Source of the DNA: Bacteroidales bacterium
Lineage (GTDB): Bacteria; Bacteroidota; Bacteroidia; Bacteroidales; UBA932
DNA length: 64,000 bases
Assembly (NCBI GenBank): GCA_017549505.1
Contig: JAFYUS010000048.1
Coordinates: 9,163-73,162, forward strand
Direction of reading: 5' to 3'
The notes under the pieces are model-generated. The model saw only the letters and a program-made list of their open reading frames with translations, did not search any database and had not been told where the DNA came from. The translations under genes and the position numbers were made by a program. Below are positions 51,119-58,928 of this stretch, one piece after another; positions within the stretch are counted from its first letter, which is position 1, and each line of letters opens with the position of its first letter.

Positions 51119-51302
51119 AAATCAAATATTGAATCCGGAACAAATATAGGCATTTTAAAGTATATTTGAGCAGATAATATTCCTTGAAGGAGGCGGATCC
51201 AGAAAGATTGTTGCAACCATCTACGAATAGGTCATAGACATATTATTTGTCAATAAGGAATAAAAGGGCTACTTTCGTATATAAATTTCAACAATCATAA
51301 CG

Positions 51303-52016
51303 ATGGGACTAGGAAAATGGATAGCAGGAGCACTCGGATGGGCCTTTCTCGGACCTATCGGAGGCATCCTTGCATTTTACTTTGCATCAATGGCAGAGGA
51401 AGCATCATATGTCCAAGGCGAGCAAGCCAGACTCCAGGGTCAGAGGAACAGTTTCCTTATGAGTCTCCTGGTTTTGTCAGCGGCTGTCATCAAGGCAGAC
51501 GGCAAGACCACGTCACAGGAGCTGGCTACCATGCGCAGTTTCTTCACAAGAAACTTCGGAGCGCAGGCAGGAGGTGAGGCGGAAGAGATTGTAAAAGAAC
51601 TTCTTACCAAGGAATACAACCTCTATGAAGTGTGTGGACAGATCCGATCATACATGGACTACCACCAGCGCTTGCAGCTTTATCATTACCTTGTAGCTCT
51701 CGGCGCATGTGACGGCCTGCATCAGAGAGAGATTGACATCCTTGAAACCATCGCAACCTATATCGGCTTATCAAATGCAGAGGTTGATTCCATCTTCGCC
51801 CAGTTCCGCCCAAGCAACGACAGCAACTACCGCATCCTGGAGATCGAGCCAAACGCTACCGACGAGGAGGTGAAGAAGGCGTACCGTAAAATGGCAATCA
51901 AGTACCACCCTGACAAGGTAGCCACCCTTGGCGAAGATGTGCAGAAAGCTGCAGAGGAGAAATTCAAGGCAGTCAACCAGGCTTACGAAGCGATCTGTAA
52001 GGAACGCGGAATCTAA
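51303..52016 (+). CDS. DjlA-like co-chaperone (TM + TerB-like + J domain)
   Basis: N-terminal Gly-rich TM, VIKADG, C-terminal J domain with YHPDK. Confidence 0.88.
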   Translation: MGLGKWIAGALGWAFLGPIGGILAFYFASMAEEASYVQGEQARLQGQRNSFLMSLLVLSAAVIKADGKTTSQELATMRSFFTRNFGAQAGGEAEEIVKELLTKEYNLYEVCGQIRSYMDYHQRLQLYHYLVALGACDGLHQREIDILETIATYIGLSNAEVDSIFAQFRPSNDSNYRILEIEPNATDEEVKKAYRKMAIKYHPDKVATLGEDVQKAAEEKFKAVNQAYEAICKERGI

Positions 52017-52019
52017 AAC

Positions 52020-52484
52020 TTAGAACGATATGCTTTCGATTCTCAGGCGCAGTATTCCTGAAGGGGTCTGAGCCTCGGCAATTTCTCCGACCTTCTTACC
52101 CATCAGGGCGGCGCCTATCGGGGATTTGAGGGAAATCTTGCCTGCCTCAAGGTTCATCTCGTGAGGACTGACTATCTCGAACTTCATCCGGATGTTCGTA
52201 GAGAGATTTGTAAATTCGACCTTGCTCAGAAGGCATACTCTGTCTTTGGGAAGTGCCTCGGGATCAATAACACGGGAATTATCCAGAACCTTCTGCAGGA
52301 AACGTATACGGCTGATTGTCTTCGCCTGCCTGCGTCTCGCTTCACGATAACCTGCATTCTCGCTCCTGTCCCCTTGTGCGCTGGTCTCTGCGACTTGTTC
52401 ACGCACCTCGGGGTAGACCACGCTGATAAGATGATTCAGCTCGGCCGCAATCTCGTCATATCTTTTCTTGGATAAGTATTCCAT
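52020..52484 (-). CDS. GreA/GreB-family transcription elongation factor
   Basis: QGDRSENAGY and ISLKSPIGAALMGK motifs. Confidence 0.9.
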   Translation of the reverse strand: MEYLSKKRYDEIAAELNHLISVVYPEVREQVAETSAQGDRSENAGYREARRRQAKTISRIRFLQKVLDNSRVIDPEALPKDRVCLLSKVEFTNLSTNIRMKFEIVSPHEMNLEAGKISLKSPIGAALMGKKVGEIAEAQTPSGILRLRIESISF

Positions 52485-52545
52485 GGTGCAAATTTACTCA
52501 TTTATTTAGGAAATGTTTATATTTGCTCCGCTAAAACCTTACCTG

Positions 52546-52941
52546 ATGAAAGAATACATAAGATTCATAAAATTCGCATTGTTCTCGGCAAGTGCCGGAC
52601 TCATCGAAATCGGAGCATTCGCTCTGCTGAATGAAATCAGCGGATGGAGCTATTGGCCATGCTACCTTATCGCCCTTCTCTGTTCGATACTATGGAACTT
52701 CACACTGAACAGGAAATTCACATTCCGCTCTGCAGCGAATGTACCTGTGGCCATGCTGAAGGTACTTGGTTTCTATGCCGTATTCACTCCGGCCACTACC
52801 CTTCTGGGCAGCTACCTTGCTGACACGCTTATGTGGAACGAGTATCTTGTGACAGGTATCAATATGGGACTTAATTTCGTATGCGAGTACCTTTACCAGA
52901 GATATTTCGTATTCAGGAACTCAATTGACAGCAAATTGTAG
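52546..52941 (+). CDS. GtrA-family membrane protein
   Basis: RFIKFALFS, WNFTLNRKFTF and QRYFVF; 4 TM helices; start follows the -7 box at 52518-52525. Confidence 0.85.
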   Translation: MKEYIRFIKFALFSASAGLIEIGAFALLNEISGWSYWPCYLIALLCSILWNFTLNRKFTFRSAANVPVAMLKVLGFYAVFTPATTLLGSYLADTLMWNEYLVTGINMGLNFVCEYLYQRYFVFRNSIDSKL

Positions 52942-52944
52942 ATT

Positions 52945-53583
52945 ATGAAACTGATCATTCTGGATTTTGACGGAACCTTGGCAGATACTGCAGGGGTGAT
53001 TATCAAGACTATGCAGGCGACAATACGTGAGCTTGGACTACCTGAACGTACTGACGGACAATGTGCAGCCATGATCGGTCTGCGATTGGTTGAGATACCT
53101 GCAGCACTATACCCGGAATGCACGATTGATGGTGACCTCTATGCCCAGACATACCGCAGGCTTTTCCATATCTTCAATACAGATGATGCAGTCAAACTGT
53201 ATCCTCATGTATTGGAAACCTTGAATGAGCTTAAAAGCAGAGGCTTCATCCTGACTATAGCAAGCAGCAGAAGCAGATCATCTCTGACTGATTATATCAC
53301 TAACCTCCATCTGACGGATACGATCAGCTATATCCTTGGTGCAGACGACGTTAAGGAGGGCAAGCCAAATCCAGAACCAGTCAACAGGACGCTGAAAGAA
53401 TTCGGAATAAAGCCAGAAGAAGCTATTGTTGTCGGTGACACTGTATTTGACATACAGATGGGCAAGAATGCCGGTATCAGGACATGTGGCGTCACCTATG
53501 GCAATGGAAGTCGTGAAAGTATGAAAGACGCAGACTGGATCCTTGAAGACTTCGGTCAGCTACTTGACATTCTCCTTACATAG
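52945..53583 (+). CDS. HAD-family phosphatase (phosphoglycolate phosphatase-like)
   Basis: DFDGTL, ASS, KPNP and VGDT..DI motifs. Confidence 0.9.
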   Translation: MKLIILDFDGTLADTAGVIIKTMQATIRELGLPERTDGQCAAMIGLRLVEIPAALYPECTIDGDLYAQTYRRLFHIFNTDDAVKLYPHVLETLNELKSRGFILTIASSRSRSSLTDYITNLHLTDTISYILGADDVKEGKPNPEPVNRTLKEFGIKPEEAIVVGDTVFDIQMGKNAGIRTCGVTYGNGSRESMKDADWILEDFGQLLDILLT

Positions 53584-53649
53584 TCAGCCTTACTTTCCAA
53601 GAGTCTGTAAGTTTCCTGAATCGGGATATCGGAAAGCTATGCTTTCATC

Positions 53650-53997
53650 TTAATGACAGTCATGGTGATCGCAAACCTCACCATTATCCTTTACATTTCC
53701 TGCAAGGTAGGCAGAGACCAGTTCATCGACATTACCACTGCAGCCACGGATCACCTCTATGCGCTGAGCTTCAAGGACGTTCTTAGCCCCCTGGCCCATA
53801 TTTCCGGCCAGCATGACAGCCACTCCCATCTGTCTCAGAACCGGAGCGATTCCGCTCTTGCAACCGCATCCTTCAGGAGATGCCATCTTGCTGACTCCCG
53901 CTACCTTTCCGTCTATGATATCAAAGATTGTGTAATATGCGCAATGACCGAAGTGGTCATCCACGCGTCCATCTCTTGTTGGTACCGCTATCTTCAT
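53650..53997 (-). CDS. NifB/NifX-family (FeMo-cofactor-like) protein
   Basis: KIAVP..G.VDDHFGHC, GCGC, LAGNMGQGA and C-terminal CDHHDCH. Confidence 0.85.
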   Translation of the reverse strand: MKIAVPTRDGRVDDHFGHCAYYTIFDIIDGKVAGVSKMASPEGCGCKSGIAPVLRQMGVAVMLAGNMGQGAKNVLEAQRIEVIRGCSGNVDELVSAYLAGNVKDNGEVCDHHDCH

Positions 53998-54141
53998 ATT
54001 GCTGATTCTATATTACTTTCTACATTATAAATGTTATTTCTCTATAGGTCTATCTGCAGCCACCCAGCCCCTGAATCCTGCTACATCCGCCAAAATTACA
54101 CAATAATATTTATAACTTTGCTGTAAAATAAACAGACAACC

Positions 54142-54669
54142 GTGAAAAAACCCTTCCTTTACATCATTCTGACTCTCATAGTGACCGCATCTTGCGCACA
54201 GAAAGAGCCAGCCGTATATATGCTCCGTCCACATGAAGAACTGCCGAATGAGATTGCTTCAGACAAGAGTTTCACCAAGATATTTCTTGCCGGAACCATA
54301 GACATGGGAAACAGCAGGGACTGGCAGATGGATCTACATGACAGATTCTCCAAGATGGACGGCCGTTACATCCTCTTCAATCCCCGTCAGGAACATTGGG
54401 ACGCATCGCGTCCCGGGGAGATGGACTATCAGGTAAGATGGGAACTGGACCACCTGGAAGAAGCGGATATGATAATCATGTATATCTTGGGGACAAGCAA
54501 GTCCCCCATCTCACTCCTTGAGATGGGACTTCACGCCAAGAGCGACAAGATGCATGTTATCTGCGAGGAGGACTTCTACAGGTACGACAATGTGCGGATC
54601 ACATGTGAGTATTATGGAGTGCCTCTTTATAATGACCTCGAGAGTTTCCTTAAATCTTTCGGCTCCTGA
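54142..54669 (+). CDS. Nucleoside 2-deoxyribosyltransferase-like domain protein with lipoprotein signal
   Basis: GTG start after the -7 box at 54113-54120; TASC lipobox; IFLAGTI..DWQ, FNPR, QVRWE and SPISLLEMG motifs. Confidence 0.8.
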   Translation: MKKPFLYIILTLIVTASCAQKEPAVYMLRPHEELPNEIASDKSFTKIFLAGTIDMGNSRDWQMDLHDRFSKMDGRYILFNPRQEHWDASRPGEMDYQVRWELDHLEEADMIIMYILGTSKSPISLLEMGLHAKSDKMHVICEEDFYRYDNVRITCEYYGVPLYNDLESFLKSFGS

Positions 54670-54677
54670 CCCTTCAC

Positions 54678-55040
54678 CTATTGCTTAGCTACCACTGCAT
54701 AAAACACGAGATCGCCCTCCTCAGAGGTATTCCGCAGACTATGGGAATGATCCTTTGGACAATACAGACAGTCCCCCACTGACACCGGCGATACCGATTC
54801 TTCGCCAGAAGATGGAACAATCTCCACTATCGTACCCTTTCCCTCAAGAATAAATATCACCTCACAACTGTCGTCGTGGGTATGCATTCCTATGCTTGCA
54901 CCAGGCACAAGTCTTCCTTTGAAGATCCTGTTGGTACCATCAAAGAACATATTTGCAGCAAACTCCTTCTCCCCGCCCTTGAAGTTCGGAAGGAGGGTCA
55001 CATCCATTTTGTCAAATTCTATTTTCATATAATTCATCAT
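54678..55040 (-). CDS. Cupin-domain protein
   Basis: PGASIGMHTH..EVIFILEG and GDCLYCP..HSH motifs. Confidence 0.88.
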   Translation of the reverse strand: MMNYMKIEFDKMDVTLLPNFKGGEKEFAANMFFDGTNRIFKGRLVPGASIGMHTHDDSCEVIFILEGKGTIVEIVPSSGEESVSPVSVGDCLYCPKDHSHSLRNTSEEGDLVFYAVVAKQ

Positions 55041-55157
55041 GCTATAGATCCGAATGCAAATTTATCGAAAATAATCAGGCTGCACAATAGCTGGCCTGAC
55101 AGTTCTGAATTAGACAAAAATCATTAGATTTGCGGCTGTTAAACGGAAATCACAGAC

Positions 55158-56153
55158 ATGAAGCAGATATTTAAGAAATACGTCATAGATGCCTTAAGTC
55201 ACATGGCTTACGGATTGTTCTGCTCGCTTATATTGGGACTTATCATCGGACAGATCGCAAAGATTCCGGGACTGGACTTCCTTGGATTCATTTCCGATGC
55301 CCTCTCAGCGTCGTCACCGCTGGTGGGCGCCTGTATCGGTCTTGCAATTGCCAACGGACTTCAATGTTCGCCGCTGGTAATCATTTCATCTGCGGTAACC
55401 GGTGCGCTTGGTTATCAGTTCGGAGGGCCTGTGGGTTCTTATATTGCCGTCATTGCAGGATCTGTAGTCGGAATGTTGGTATCTAAAAAGACCGCAGTCG
55501 ACATCATCCTTACTCCCTTGGTCACTGTAATTGCGGGTGGTCTGATAGCAAAGTGGTGCGGATCTCCGATCAACGATTTCATGCTTTATCTGGGTTCCAT
55601 TATCAACGAAGCCACCCAAATGAGTCCTTTCATGATGGGAATAACCGTATCTGTGCTTGTGGGTTGCGCATTGACCCTGCCTATCAGTTCAGTAGCGATC
55701 TGCGTCATGCTGGGCATTGATGGACTGGCAGCCGGTGCAGCTACTGTCGGATGCTGCGCCCAGATGGTCGGTTTTGCCGTAATAAGCTTCAAAGACAACG
55801 GTGTGGGAGGACTTATATCTCAAGGTTTGGGCACATCTATGCTGCAGATCGGCAATATCGCAAGAAAACCGGTCATATGGCTTGCTCCCACACTCACTGC
55901 CGCAATTCTAGGTCCGGTTTCAACCATGGTACTCAAAATGACCAACAGCGCGCTGGGTGCCGGAATGGGAACCGCGGGCCTTGTCGGCCCATTGGCGACA
56001 TATGCATCCATGAGCGGAACCGGAATAGCAGAATGGACCCTTATCATGGAAATCCTCGTCCTTCATTTTGCCGCCCCTGCCATCATAGCCCTGCTCATCC
56101 ACCTTCTGATGTGCCGGCTCGGCCTCATCAAGCCTGGCGACATGAAGATCTGA
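55158..56153 (+). CDS. PfoR/PTS_EIIC_2-family membrane protein
   Basis: ALSHMAYGLF.SLI.G, VDIILTP, LPISS.AI, GLAAGAATVGC, QGLGTSMLQ and GMGTAGLVG motifs. Confidence 0.82.
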   Translation: MKQIFKKYVIDALSHMAYGLFCSLILGLIIGQIAKIPGLDFLGFISDALSASSPLVGACIGLAIANGLQCSPLVIISSAVTGALGYQFGGPVGSYIAVIAGSVVGMLVSKKTAVDIILTPLVTVIAGGLIAKWCGSPINDFMLYLGSIINEATQMSPFMMGITVSVLVGCALTLPISSVAICVMLGIDGLAAGAATVGCCAQMVGFAVISFKDNGVGGLISQGLGTSMLQIGNIARKPVIWLAPTLTAAILGPVSTMVLKMTNSALGAGMGTAGLVGPLATYASMSGTGIAEWTLIMEILVLHFAAPAIIALLIHLLMCRLGLIKPGDMKI

Positions 56154-56208
56154 GGTGGGGGGCAGATTTGGGGCAACTGAATATCACCTCTTCCCAATAC
56201 AGCATACT

Positions 56209-56270
56209 GCCAAAACACCGAACACCTTTATGCCAAATTACCGAAAAAATCGACGCCAAATTACCGAAAA
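56209..56270 (+). repeat. Three direct repeats with 23-bp period
   Basis: GCCAAAACACCGAACA (56209), GCCAAATTACCGAAAA (56232), GCCAAATTACCGAAAA (56255). Confidence 0.75.
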
Positions 56271-56314
56271 TTCAAATAATTGATTAATCTTGCGTGTATT
56301 AGATCCCGAAAACT

Positions 56315-56395
56315 ATGGAAGGATACAAACGTAGAATAGTGGATACTTTGCTGGAGAAAAAACTCCAAGCAAAAGGTGCGGATCATCCTTACTGA
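56315..56395 (+). pseudogene. 5' remnant of an AAA+/DUF4143 ATP-binding protein gene
   Basis: Translates MEGYKRRIVDTLLEKKLQAKGA then DHPY-stop. This family normally continues with VLIEGPKWCGKTT (Walker A) immediately after KGA. Confidence 0.65.
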
Positions 56396-56418
56396 CATTG
56401 ATATTATCCATAGCACCA

Positions 56419-56784
56419 CGAGCGGCGACAGCCGCCAGGGGCAACCGCGAGGTGGCGAAGCCACCGAGTGGCACCCGAGGGAGCCGCAGGCTCCCGAAGG
56501 AAAAGGAACAGCGACATTGAAGTTCTGCACTGCCGTTAGATTGAAATGCTGGAGTCTTTCAACGCACTGTGCGACTACCGGCCTACACTAAGTAGTAGAA
56601 ACGTTCGAGGGCGGCGACTTGCACTGGGGACTACGGCACTGAGGTCGCCGCCCATGCACCGGAGGACCGCCTTTAACAGGCAAGTCTCTTGACCTTTTGA
56701 TAAAAAGGGCTAGAGTCTTGCGGCGATCCGAAGTAATAGATAGCTCGCCTTTGATGACTTTCGTAGAAAGTCATCAAAGGCGAG
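56419..56784 (+). other. Cluster of GC-rich hairpins (non-coding)
   Basis: GCGGC-gaca-GCCGC (56422), GGTGGC-gaa-GCCACC (56451), GGGAGCC-gca-GGCTCCC (56479), GGGCGGCGAC..GTCGCCGCCC (56609-56653), imperfect stem 56680-56721, perfect 19-bp stem with GTA loop (56744-56784). Confidence 0.75.
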
Positions 56785-56836
56785 ACCACATATAAATTAA
56801 AGTATGGGTATAGTATTATTTATGAGCAAAATACAC

Positions 56837-56844
56837 TAAATTTG
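56837..56844 (+). promoter_or_regulatory. -7 element for the darT-like gene
   Basis: TAAATTTG, 27 nt upstream of ATG 56872. Confidence 0.55.
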
Positions 56845-56871
56845 TGTGTATCCTGAAAATTGTGCTAAAAT

Positions 56872-58884
56872 ATGGCTTTAATGATCTTAATATTCCTAAT
56901 TGGTGCATATTTTTTAATAAGACTTCTCGTTGAGGCCATTCGAGACAAAATTAAAACCCAGAAGCACCTAAAGAAGGTTCAAACAGTTATCGATCGCGAA
57001 AAACAATATCCTGACGCCTACAAAGAATGGTTCGGGGCACCATATTATATCAATTGCCTTAGTGACAAAGAACTAGACAAAAGACTTTTTAGATCGGAAC
57101 GCGAATGGGCAGAAAAGCAAAAGGAAATTGAGGAATCGCGTGCACGAGAAAAAGCATTAAAACTTGAGCAACAACAAAAAATGTCAAGAGCTCGATCGCT
57201 CAGTTATAGATACCCTAATGCTGTCAATGGGATTATAGAATCCTCTTCTATTACCAACGACACTCAGGTAGAAAAAATATTAAGCTATACAACAGCAGAA
57301 CTTAAAATAATAGAAGATGCCATTGTAGAGGCACAAAAGCGTAAAAAAGAAGAAGAAGAGCAAAAACACAATGAAATCATATCAAACTTTCCCAATGGTT
57401 ATGAATTAGTAAAAAGATTACGTGAGGAAAGCATAGATTGCGAAGACCTATATCTTCCTGACGAATATACAAGATTTCAGCGTGGGCAAAAAGTTGCGAC
57501 TAATAAACAGAAACTAGTCAACATACCGTTAGAAGTATTTGACAAATATGAGGACATTAGCGTTAGATACACTTATTATTGCAATTGGCATAAACAACAG
57601 AACGAACATTCTAAGAAACTTCGCCAACTCCACGATACGACTCTTGAAAACTGGGGTGCTTATCAATATAGCATAGACATAGATGGCATAACACAGACAG
57701 GAGACAACCAGACATATGATTTCAGCGTATGGCAATTCTTCTCGATGTCATTTTGTATGTCAGACGAAATTAGTTATGAACATATAGAAAAATACATTAA
57801 CAATCGGAAATACCTCGAAGGTCTTGAAGACGGGACTGTTACATTCAAAACTCGTGAGTATGACTCAATCTTACAGTTCATTACTGCAATGGACGAAGTC
57901 CCATTAGTGCTAATTGTGAATAGCGAATTAGAAGATGACTGGATTAGTATAAACACCACACATTTTGGATACATATATGGTAAACTAGAAGAACATCAAA
58001 TCCCGTACAAACCAATTGAGCTACTCACACTTGATGATATAGCATATAAAACCATAGTCGTACTTGAACTAATAACTGAAAACTCTCACTTAATAGATAT
58101 ATGTCAAGATCTCTACTCAATAATACCCGGTTCTAAGATCGTGTATATTACATTATTTAAGGAGTTTAGTAAGGAGGAATGCCTAAAAGTACAAAAGATA
58201 AAGATTGCAGAAGTAGAGGAAGCTGCAAGAAAAACTCGTGAAGAAGAAGCGAGAAGAAGAAAAGAAGAAGCTCAACGTAAGGAACAAGAAGAAAAAGATC
58301 GCCTTTATCGTTTATCGCATACATTTAAGACCAACTCGGCGGAATTCAAGAGGCATCTTACAACAAATGGTGTCAGATATTTCTACCACTTTACCGACAA
58401 GAGAAACTTAGAATCTATTCGCAAGATAGGAGGATTATACTCTTGGCAATACTGTGAAGATCACAATATAGAAATAGCACGCCCCGGAGGTGACAGCACT
58501 TCTAGATCATTGGATCGTAGACATGGCCTACAAGACTACGTTCGAGTAAGTTTCTGTACAGACCACCCAATGAAATGGATTTTAGAACAACAGGGCTATG
58601 ACATGGTTTTACTGAAGGTAAAAATAGACGTAGCCTGCTTAGAGGGCACGCTCTTCTCTGATATCAATGCCACGGACAACAACCACCATCATGGAGGTAC
58701 CCTTGCTGACTTACAACGCATAAACATACCTGCAACTCAACAAAACTTTGTTAGCCGAGAAAGTGATATTTTCAAGCAACATCAGGCTGAGGTAATGGTA
58801 AAAACGTTTATACCTTTGGAGTATATAGAGATGCCAAATATCACTCCAATTCGTAAAATTTACGATGACGATCTCCCGTTTTAA
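56872..58884 (+). CDS. darT: Membrane-anchored multidomain protein with C-terminal DarT (DUF4433)-type DNA ADP-ribosyltransferase domain
   Basis: TM helix aa 1-20; coiled-coil segments; aa about 495-655 carry FYHFT..NL.SI..GGLYS, DYVRVSF, FSDINAT and QAEVMV (putative catalytic E640); ends YDDDLPF. Confidence 0.8.
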   Translation: MALMILIFLIGAYFLIRLLVEAIRDKIKTQKHLKKVQTVIDREKQYPDAYKEWFGAPYYINCLSDKELDKRLFRSEREWAEKQKEIEESRAREKALKLEQQQKMSRARSLSYRYPNAVNGIIESSSITNDTQVEKILSYTTAELKIIEDAIVEAQKRKKEEEEQKHNEIISNFPNGYELVKRLREESIDCEDLYLPDEYTRFQRGQKVATNKQKLVNIPLEVFDKYEDISVRYTYYCNWHKQQNEHSKKLRQLHDTTLENWGAYQYSIDIDGITQTGDNQTYDFSVWQFFSMSFCMSDEISYEHIEKYINNRKYLEGLEDGTVTFKTREYDSILQFITAMDEVPLVLIVNSELEDDWISINTTHFGYIYGKLEEHQIPYKPIELLTLDDIAYKTIVVLELITENSHLIDICQDLYSIIPGSKIVYITLFKEFSKEECLKVQKIKIAEVEEAARKTREEEARRRKEEAQRKEQEEKDRLYRLSHTFKTNSAEFKRHLTTNGVRYFYHFTDKRNLESIRKIGGLYSWQYCEDHNIEIARPGGDSTSRSLDRRHGLQDYVRVSFCTDHPMKWILEQQGYDMVLLKVKIDVACLEGTLFSDINATDNNHHHGGTLADLQRINIPATQQNFVSRESDIFKQHQAEVMVKTFIPLEYIEMPNITPIRKIYDDDLPF

Positions 58885-58928
58885 CTCAGCCAGTTTGATA
58901 TACATATAAATTGCAATAGAGATTAAAT

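Noticed and set aside
56209-56500. Possible CRISPR or mini-array from periodic repeats and hairpins
   Set aside because: Periods of 23 and 28-29 bp are too short, the units are not identical repeats with unique spacers, and no cas genes are present
56410-56520. tRNA, RNase P, tmRNA, SRP or group II intron identity for the GC-rich block
   Set aside because: No TpsiC or D-loop, no GAGGAAAGTCC and no domain V consensus found on either strand
56261-56591. ORFs 56261-56530 (-) and 56376-56591 (+)
   Set aside because: They run across GC-rich hairpins with atypical composition; the region is better explained as an ATPase remnant plus structured non-coding DNA
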